This document shows, piece by piece, positions 55,076 to 64,000 of a stretch of 64,000 nt of DNA. The translations under genes and the position numbers were made by a program. Location of the stretch: NCBI GenBank assembly GCA_964016885.1, contig OZ024743.1:115320001-115384000 (forward strand). The letters are read 5' to 3'. Source of the DNA: Eledone cirrhosa (taxonomy: Eukaryota). Position 1 is the stretch's first letter; every line of letters starts with the position of its first letter. Under the pieces are notes generated by a model. That model ran no database searches and had not been told where the DNA came from. It worked only from the letters and a program-made list of their open reading frames with translations.

Positions 55076-58000
55076 ACATGACCTCACTCAGAATAGGCAG
55101 AAGAAATGCGTGTGGCTTGGGGACGTCATGGAATCAGGGCTACCTGCTCAACGACCTCAGGTCACTAAACATAGATGTAGTGGCCACCAGCGAGACCAGA
55201 ATCTCCGAAGCACGGGCCTTCGCACCGATCTTCGGCGGCTATGATGTGTACACATCTCCCAGCCGTCCGGGATCGGGGGGAGGAGTTGCAGTGCTTTTTC
55301 GGAGAGGTTTGGATCTCGGCATACGGGCCATCTCCTGGACCCAGAGGGTAAGTTGGTGGTGCTACACGTGACCAGCGGAGACGGGCAAGCTTTCAGGCTA
55401 GTGGCCGTCTATGCCCCGGCAGGAGCAGGGCGGCCTGATTTCTTCCGGCGTCTGGAGACCTTTCTTGGAACGTCCCGCTTTTTAGGGAAGTGGGCGACTG
55501 GAACGGGATCTTAGATGCACGCTGGGACTGTGTGGAATTAGCGGATAGGGGAGGAAGGTGCGAGTGCCTCACCAACCTACTCAGGCGTTTTGAACTGTCT
55601 GACAAGTACCAATTGGATTTCCCGAATGTGCCAATGCGGAATTGGACAAATCGCATAGGGTCATCCAGATCATATCTTGATAGAGTATTTTGTAGGGAAA
55701 TAGATAGGTCTAGCATAGGCTGTCCACAATTCAAGATAGTCAGCTACACGGACCACAAATTCGTGATCTGTGTGCTTGATTTAGATAGGCTTCATAGACG
55801 AGGACCCGGCTACTGGAAGCTAAACGCGTCCTTAACAGCGCGCAAGGCCTACAGAGACCGGATTAGCGAACTAGTTAAGCGGGCGTTGACGGGGGCCATC
55901 GTCAACAACAAGTGGTGGTTTGCTCTGAAAAGAGAAATTAGAATAGACTCCATTAGGTTTAGTAAGGCTTTAGCAATAGAGAAAAATAGAGCAGAGGGAG
56001 AATTAGTTAGAAAATTAGACGAGGCGCTTAGCAAAGGCATCGCGACCGACGTACTTGCGGCGAAATTGGCCCTTGACCAATTCTTCAATGCAAAGCACGA
56101 AGGCTGCGTTGTCAGAGCTAGGGTGCGTGCTCTCAGACACGAGCGAACGAAAGCCGTACAATGGGCCCGAGTGGCGGAGTGCGTCGTGGCAACAAAGCCA
56201 CGATCCGGTCTTTGGTGGACCACGATGGGCGCATGCTACTCGATCCCGGGCAAATGTGTGAAGCTTTTCAGCAACACTTCAATCAGTTGTTCGGGGGCAG
56301 CGGCGCTCCGGATCGAACGATGGACTTTAGTGTCTACCTCGACGGACTGCCGCGGCTCTCGGCCAATGAGGCGCAGTGTTGCGAAAAGCCGATAACAGCC
56401 GCTGAAGTACGGGAGGCAATGACTAGCTGCACAAGGGGTATATCGCCTGGTTTGGATGGTCTGCCCTATGAACTTTACGTACAGATGCAAGACTTGTTCG
56501 GAAGCCTCTTGGCGGACGTCTACTGCAACTGGCAACAGAACGGGAGAATTCCCAGCTCTGTGAGCCGAGGAGATGTGGCGCTGCTGAGAAAGGATCCGAA
56601 CAAGGGGGATAACATAGATAATTTTAGGCCCATAACTCTACTAAACACAGAGTTCAAGATTTGGGCCAAGGTGCTAGCAAAGAGGTTGGCGCTTGTCGTT
56701 GGTGGTCGGGAGGGAGAGGCGCAGACATGCGCCATTCCCGACAGATCGATCCACGACAACCTCCACCACATGCGATACATCGTAGAGAGGGTAGCCAGGG
56801 AACCTGGCACGGGTTGGTCCTTGATCAATTTAGATCAGTCGAAAGCTTTCGATAGGGTCGACCATCGTTACCTAGCGGCAGCCTGAGGGCGGCTGGTTTT
56901 GGGCCCGTCTTCAGAGGCTGGATCGCTGCCATGCACAGCGACATCTGCTCTGTGGTGAGAGTGAATGGTCACCTTTCGGAACCGTTCAACATCATGCGCT
57001 CGGTCCGCCAAGGATGTCCACTCTCGTCCCTCTTGTACGTATTGACTCTCGAGCCATTACTGCACAAGCTGGAGACGTTGAGGGGGGGTCCCGCGCGAAC
57101 TAGGATGCGGAAGATCCGTGTCAGCATATGCGGACGATGTCACCGTAGTGGTGTCGAACGCCAAACACATCGAGGCGATCGGCACTACACTAAAAGAATA
57201 CGAAGCGGTGACAGGAAATGATCAACGAGGAAAAGATCAGTGGGCCTGCAGCTCGGCAACTGGAGAGGCCGGTCCATGCCGTCCAAGAGCGTCGTCGGGC
57301 GCTAGACGGACGGACCAGTTAAATTGCTCGGGGTCTGGTTCGGTCCGGATCTCCAGACGGACAAAAACTGGGACGAGGTGACGAGCAGAGTGGCTTCTCT
57401 CACCCAGAAATGGGCCGAGAGGAAGCTATCCCTGAAAGGTCGAGCGGAGGTGGCTAACGCGTATATCGCGTCCGTCATCTACTACCACCTGACCGTCGTA
57501 CCTTGTCCTAAGCTCCGCCTGACTGCGCTGGAGCGTTTGCTCTTTCGCTTTTTGTGGAAGGGACGCGCTCCGATGGTCCGGCGGTCCATCTGCTGTCAAC
57601 ACCCGTTACGTGGAGGGCTGGGAATGCCGTGGCTGATGATGCGCAGACACGCTCTCAAGCTACGACATCTCCACCTCTTCCTTGACGGTGATCTGGTGTG
57701 GTCTCCGTTTGCTAGACGCGTCTTTCCCCAGCTCGTCTCCTTGACGGAGCTGCAGTCCTGGGTCAAGCGAGGACCGAGAGTGTGCGCTTGGAGACTGGAA
57801 TGTCTTCAGGGGCTCACAGCACTCGACATATCGGGCAATGTGATCGGTGGAAACTCCACCTTGGCGTTCTATAGAGGATTAGTGGAGGGGAAGAGCGACG
57901 ACGTACTTGGAGAAACTCTAGGCGTCGACGAAAATCAACTAGCCAATCTCTTCGGAAGAACTTTCGGGCCGGGGCCTATGGACAACTTCCAGAAATCCCT

Positions 58001-58493
58001 GGCCTGGCAGTGCTACCGAGGAGCTTTGCCAGTTCGGGATAAACTCTACAGGCATGGAGGTGCCATCACCCGGGCATGTCCGAGATGCACGCAGGGCGAC
58101 GAAACCGTCCTGCACGCACTCATCCAGTGTCCGAGCATTGCTGACTTGCGGGTTTATGTCGAAAACCTGCTGTCGCGTGTGGGACGGATCCAGCTATCAG
58201 CTGAGTCCATCGTGAGGATTGCCCCGCCATCTTCCTTTAGCCGGGAAGGGCAGGCAGTTTTTATCTGTCTGGTGGCAATGGCGAAAGAGATAGTATGGTG
58301 GACACGTTTGAAAGGGCTGAAGACGAGCACTTACCTCTTCGGTGATGCCCTGATTAACTTTTTCAAATTTCATTTGAAAAGGAAAATCAGGGTAGAAAGG
58401 GAAGTGCTCTCTTCCCAGCATTTTGTTGAAAGATGGGTGAGAGAGGCAAGAATGGCCCGAGTGAATGGGCCTACTCTGAGTATGTGTCTGTAA
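55076..58493 (+). pseudogene. LINE ORF2 (APE endonuclease plus RT), multiple frameshifts
   Basis: ORFs 55078, 55490, 56161, 56931, 57118 and 57324. Confidence 0.93.
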
Positions 58494-58777
58494 ATTAAAG
58501 GTGGGAAACTGGGAGAAGGCACTTGCCCTGGTGGTCAGGGTCACTGTAGCTTTTTAATGGGCTTTCTCCACGAATGTCACTCGGAAGTCTCCCCCCTATT
58601 GGGGAATTTTTTCATTGTTCTATTATTACATCCTCTCTTTCTTGTTTTTTTTACACGCAGAAATGCCCATTTGTACCGCCCTGTATTGTTATGTACTGTC
58701 CTTAATGTCTACTTTATGTAAACCCTTGTGGTTTATAAAGAAAACATTATTATTATTATTATTATTATTGTTGTTAT

Positions 58778-59590
58778 TCCTTGAATCTCAGTCATTGATG
58801 TTGGTTAACTGGAAAGTCCGTTGGAATGAATATCAAGCCACTACCTGCAGCCTCAGATATTCAGGACGTATCGGAGGGTTCTTGCTGTTCCAAGCAAGCA
58901 TGCCTTTTGAAGCGTTCCAAAAAGCGTGAAGGGGCCGATTTTCTTTAACCATCCCTGGAAACTTTTGGAGATAGTCCCCAGTGCGCCTATGACAATCGGG
59001 ATCACTTTGACTTCATGGCAGTTCCAAATCCTTTTCACCTCCCACTTTAGGTCCTGGTATCGGTTAATTTTCTCCCTCTCCTTCTCTTGCTTGCACTCTC
59101 GTGTCGAAAGGGCAGGCCACATCCACAATAAGACACGATCTTTTTTCTTTGTCCACAACCACCAGGTCAGGTCTATTGTGTTCCAGTTTTTTGTCCGTCT
59201 GTATCCTAAAATCCCACAGCACCTTCACCTGATTGTTCTCCATCACCGCCTCTGGCCTATGCTCATACCATTTCTCAGAATGTGGTAAATTGTTTACTTT
59301 GCACAGGTGCCAGGGGATCACCCTGCCCATCACATCGTGTCTCCAGCCCTTATAGTGGGTCTGGGCTAGGTGTTTACACTCGGACACAATGTGAGCCACA
59401 GTCTCCTCTCTCTCTCCACAGATCCTCCTCCTTGTAAATATGGTGCTTCAACCACTTCGTTTTGAGGGCTTGCTCCTGCGCAGCCATTAGCATTCCTTCT
59501 GTAGCCTTTTTGAGGTCTCCTCTTCTCAACCAGTTCCATGTCTGTGGATCTCTAAATTCAGTTTTCTCAAAGAAGGTACTATGAAGGGAT
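58778..59590 (-). mobile_element. 5'-truncated R4/Dong-type LINE (CCHC plus restriction-like endonuclease) inside (TTA)n
   Basis: AAQEQAL, HIVSEC, RHD, LWDFRIQTD...NRPDLVVVDK...DVACP, IVIGALG, LQKACLLGT; (TTA)n on both sides. Confidence 0.92.
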
Positions 59591-59591
59591 T

Positions 59592-59623
<32 letters not shown>

Positions 59624-60304
59624 ATTAATTTTATTATTATTACACCTATAGTATTGCTGCGAATGCATTGGCTTGCCTAAAAATGTTTTAGACGGAAGCT
59701 CCAGCGCCCCTTCTCCTGTATGATTGAGCCTGCAGGTCTTTCTCCACCACATTTTTCCCTTTTTAGTACTGTATTTACAGAGTCTTATACATCATATAAA
59801 GTGTATTAACAATGTGATATTAATAAACTTTACTGAATGACTATATATTTAGAAAAACTTTGAAAGATATTTAACTATTGAAAAGGATGACTCAAAAAAG
59901 TTTAATACAGAAATAAAATGGAATGAAAGAGAATTTGAAATATTAGGTTATTCTTGAATTTCCAGTGAATCATTGCTGTACCTTCAATTATCAATACCTT
60001 AAAATATCCTTACACATCAACAAAAGGAATATTAAAGGCTAAAGTAAAAGTCTGCTCGAAGTAGCTTTTTCTACATATTATAACTTTATTATTTAACAGT
60101 TAAAATTATTTTCAAGACCATAACAGATTCAATTTTAGTTACATTATAGTGTGGAAAATAACATTATTTGATTCTAGTCAAGATTGAAGCATAATGCGCC
60201 ATTCCCAAGAGATCCATCCACGACAACCTCCACCTCATGGGATATTTCTTGGAGCGCAGATGTCGAAATACAAACCTGTTTTTGAATAAGACGAAACATT
60301 TCGG

Positions 60305-60440
60305 ATACATACCTACATGCATACATAGATGCATACATACATACATACATACATACATACATACGTACATACATACATACATACATACATACATACATAC
60401 ATACATACATACATACATACATACATACATACATACATAG
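60305..60440. repeat. (TACA)n microsatellite
   Basis: Directly visible. Confidence 0.97.
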
Positions 60441-60734
60441 ATGTGCGTGTGTGTATTTATAAATAATTATGGAGATAATTTCTTCATATTTAGAAGAGTG
60501 AGACTATAACTTGTCTTCAGGCAAAATGCAATCTATACAAAAACTCGCAGTGTCATGAAAGGCTTTTAACATTATATAAACAAATAATAGAGCAGTATCA
60601 AATAAAAGCAAAACAAAGTACCAAAGAGGAAAGGAAAGGAAGAAGAAACAAAACGAAAAATGAAAAATAAGTAAGGAATAAGCGGCGAAGGGAGAAGGGA
60701 AGAGAAAGTCACTACATCTCAGTCTGCGTGGTGC

Positions 60735-61290
60735 CTAAACTGTACTCCGTGGACAAATCAGTACAAGCGTTACCGCGGAGATTGGCCAGAGACGATCACT
60801 GCAACAGCAACCCCACATAACCGGCCTCTCTTCTGTCGCTGGCCGCCGTTTTTCCGACTTCATTGAGTAAATCTGCGATGCAGGGACTAAGGACGCCAGA
60901 AGTATCGACGGCGACAGGTGTAAAGGGAATCGGTCGGTGAGGTCCCGGGATTTGAATATCTTCCTCACATCTACATTGCGGAGCCCGGGTTTATTGTCGA
61001 AGCGACAAGATTGGAGGCTGAGAATGAGTCGCTGCACGTCGAGTAAAACATTAGGGATTTGCTGCCTTTGAAAGGGATGAGGGTTAATCCGTCGAAGCAA
61101 TTGCCATCGCCGTGGTCGATGTTATTCAGAACAACGTGACGGGGAGCCAGCCTACAATGAGGTGGAAAGGCACCTAAAACGTCAATCACTATTCCACAAC
61201 GGCATCTGTATGGTTCGCATACGCAGAGGCAGAAGCGTTGTGCCACTCCAATTTGGGTGGACTCCACATCAAGAAAGGTACCGGTTGTTG
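60735..61290 (-). mobile_element. Decayed CRE-type non-LTR retrotransposon C-terminus (restriction-like endonuclease)
   Basis: CEPYRCRCG...RHVVLN...DGLTLIPF..GKSL...TCSDS; then FTPVAVDTSG and LRGNA in shifted frames. Confidence 0.7.
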
Positions 61291-61600
61291 AGGAAGGGAC
61301 CGAATGGAGCTAAGCGACACTCTTTGGTTCTGAGAGAGAGCGTAGGCAGACAAGACGGTATTGGCGGACTTGCAGTTGACGTTGTCTTAGTTGAGTTGAA
61401 CATAGCTTCACGCAAATATTGTTGACGCAAATATTGTTGACGCAAATATTGCCAGAAATAAATCGTACTTACAAACACAAATATATGGGAGGCGAAAGAG
61501 TTAGGGATTCTGATGAGTGTATAAATGGTGATATATTGATTACAACAAGCTATAAATTATACTAATATTCAAAGCTGTTTGTTTTCTTTAGCTAACTAGG

Positions 61601-61686
<86 letters not shown>

Positions 61687-61738
61687 GAGAGAGGAGAGGA
61701 GAGAGAGAGAGATAGAGAGAGGGAGAGAGAGAGAAAGG

Positions 61739-61782
<44 letters not shown>

Positions 61783-61882
61783 GAGAGGGGAGAGAGGAGA
61801 GAGGGATAAGGAATAAGTTATAATGTAGAGTGAATGAGAAATGCATCTACACACACACAGACGCGCGCACACACTCCCACAG

Positions 61883-61937
<55 letters not shown>

Positions 61938-62171
61938 CTAGGTATACTGAATAACTTAAACAACAAACTATTAATTATTAATATATTACTATATAGCTCA
62001 AGATTGAAACGAAGAGCAACATATTGTCAGATATATTTATATATATATATATATATATATAACGAAGGAAATGTGGTAAGGAACCAGGTGGACTATAACG
62101 CACCAAAGTACTCAATACTTAGGGTAGTAGTGGGTAATAGGAAATTATTCCTATATATATATGTATATAGT

Positions 62172-62430
62172 CTAGCAGATTAGCCTGTCGTTTTCGGGCA
62201 ATTTCCACCATAGAATGCCTTTCTTCTAATTTTGTTTTATCTCATGTCTGAGCATGTCTCCACCTACACCTCATCTCCCGTTCCTTATTGGAACGCAGAT
62301 TTCACCAAAACCGACTTTATTTCGTTTATCTCATGGCTTGTGTAAGACGTTCATGGTAAAATATAGCTAGTTAAAATATGCAACAACTGTAAAACGGATT
62401 TATTAGGAGTGCAGTTATCTAGATTAATTC
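62172..62430 (-). mobile_element. Possible Helitron 3' end remnant
   Basis: Minus strand gcccgaaaacgacaggc-taatctg-CTAG (hairpin plus CTAG); extent uncertain. Confidence 0.4.
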
Positions 62431-63000
62431 ATGAAATGAATTCTTTTCATTCTTCTATAAAGTGTTCTTCTATGGATATGGCACTTGGCCAGAACAGATT
62501 TTTGCATTATTTTCTGCAATATATCAATTCTAACGATGTTTTGTTTATTTTTCCATATGGTGCATAAATGTTAACATTTTTCTTGAATATAGGAACTCAG
62601 GGGAACAGCAAGTCCTGCATCGGCCCAATCAGCCAGGACTAACTTCATATCCTGGGTCCCGCCATGTTCTATCCCCTTGTGAAGGATGTCGATGGTGAGG
62701 CTGTGGGTAAAGAACATTGAGGATAGATAGGCGGGCAGTGCGAACTAAAGAATGAATCGGAGGTCGGGGCCGGTGGATTTTCCTTTTAGTTTTGCCAGTT
62801 GTCAGCTGCCGTTCTTGAAGCAAATATTGCCAGAAATAATTCGTACTCACAAACACAAATACATCGGAGGTGAAAGAGTTAGGAATTTCGATGAGTGTAA
62901 AAATGGTGATAAATTGAACATATCAAGCAATAAATCCTACCACTATTCAAAGCTGTTTGTTTTCTTTTGCTAACTAGGAGGGCATTTTAAATAAATATAA

Positions 63001-63068
<68 letters not shown>

Positions 63069-63071
<3 letters not shown>

Positions 63072-63473
63072 AAAAAGTATCACCCCGACGGCAGAGCTCA
63101 AGCCGTTTCGACGGCTATTTCTGGACTAAATTAGAATTTTTAGCCTGGTAAATATATAGCCGAACTTCCTTATATGGGAAGATTGTAGTTGTTAAGAGGA
63201 TTGGTCAAAATTTGAGACTTATTTGTGTTTACAACAAATTTTGACCAATCCTCTTGACAACTACAATCTTCCCATATAAGGAAGTACCCCTTGACAAGTT
63301 CGACTATTTATTTACCAGATTAAAAATTCTAATTTAGTCCAGAAATAGCCATCGAAACGGCTTGAGCTCTGCCGTCGGAGCCATACTTTTTCCTATTACC
63401 CACTCTACTACCCTAAGTATTGACTACTCTGGTACGTCATGGTCCATCTGGTTCCTTACCACATTTCCTTCGT

Positions 63474-63474
<1 letters not shown>
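63069..63474. mobile_element. Fold-back pair of termini of the 18.2 kb HHR family (arms 63069-63215 / 63235-63394) plus tail
   Basis: Arms are reverse complements; the tail recurs at 25050-25110 and inverted at 62061-62145. Confidence 0.85.
63286..63381 (+). ncRNA. U3:A8 hammerhead, same family as 18156-18249, partly decayed
   Basis: ACCCC-TTGACAA-gttcgactat...atagccatc-GAAA-cggc..gccg-TC-ggagc. Confidence 0.72.
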
Positions 63475-63507
<33 letters not shown>

Positions 63508-63508
63508 A

Positions 63509-63570
<62 letters not shown>

Positions 63571-63935
63571 TACGGAGGGAGAGAGACACTGACTACAATG
63601 TAAGAGAGAGAAGTGAATAAAGACCATGATGAATAAGATATAATGTAAAGTGAATGAGAAGTGCATCTACAAACACACAGACGAACACACACACACACTC
63701 ATAATATGTATATGTGTCTCTGTGTGTGTTTGTGTGTGTTTGTGTGTGTATGTGTGTGTGTATGTGTGCGTGTGCGTATGTGTGTGTGTATGCGTGTTAT
63801 TATATTGTAAATATAGATCAACATATACATACGAGGTATACTGAATACCTTCAACAACATACTATTAATATATTAAAACTTACCACAAGTTTGAAAAGAA
63901 GAGCAAAATAACGTGAGGCATACTTTTGTAATAAT

Positions 63936-63970
<35 letters not shown>

Positions 63971-64000
63971 ATATCCAAATACAGGGGCGGGGGAATTGAG

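Larger units (their letters stand above)
52882..58776 (+). mobile_element. Near full-length Tx1/L1-type LINE (ORF1 with degenerate CCHC knuckle; ORF2 APE-RT-Zn), frameshifted
   Basis: ORF1 VEGRRPRCVVYGEGTHLRAFCP; ORF2 SETR, GGGVAVLF, GDWN, LDRVF, TDHK, GYWKLN, PGLDG, RPITLLNT, KAFDRVDH, RQGCPLS, YADD, LSLKGR, CPRC..H...C; (TTA)n tail. Confidence 0.93.

Noticed and set aside
60196-60258. Possible exon
   Set aside because: Matches the Tx1 RT segment at ~56728-56790; a tiny LINE fragment.
61508-61560. CTGATGA motif
   Set aside because: No stem II or GAAA follows, and the paralogous copy at ~62888 lacks it.

Overview
AT-rich, (TA)n-saturated animal genomic DNA with no recognisable host gene. 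The abundant tRNA-derived SINE and microsatellite style suggest a cephalopod (Octopus-like) genome; this is inference. The window is a layered stack of retroelements. It holds Penelope-like elements (PLEs) of two types: C-rich Neptune-type copies (1-1.3 kb, 12.6-16.8 kb) and Naiad-type copies (8-11 kb, 16.9-18.3 kb, 30-32 kb, 39 kb, and a near full-length one at 40.9-46.3 kb). It also holds Tx1/L1-type, R4/Dong and CRE-type LINEs, an RTE-derived non-autonomous element, Helitron remnants and SINEs. The main hidden signal is RNA-level: about 20 hand-folded type I hammerhead ribozyme (HHR) motifs sit in the short unique islands between (TA)n tracts. At least six sequence-distinct families replace the canonical C3:G8 core pair (CUGANGA) with a compensated U3:A8 pair (UUGANAA), some with very long stem II insertions. 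Several HHRs lie in non-coding 0.3-0.6 kb units present as 1.1-1.5 head-to-tail copies, the footprint expected of retrozyme-like circular RNAs. About a dozen insertions carry fold-back (inverted) ends. All folds were derived by eye; activity is untested.
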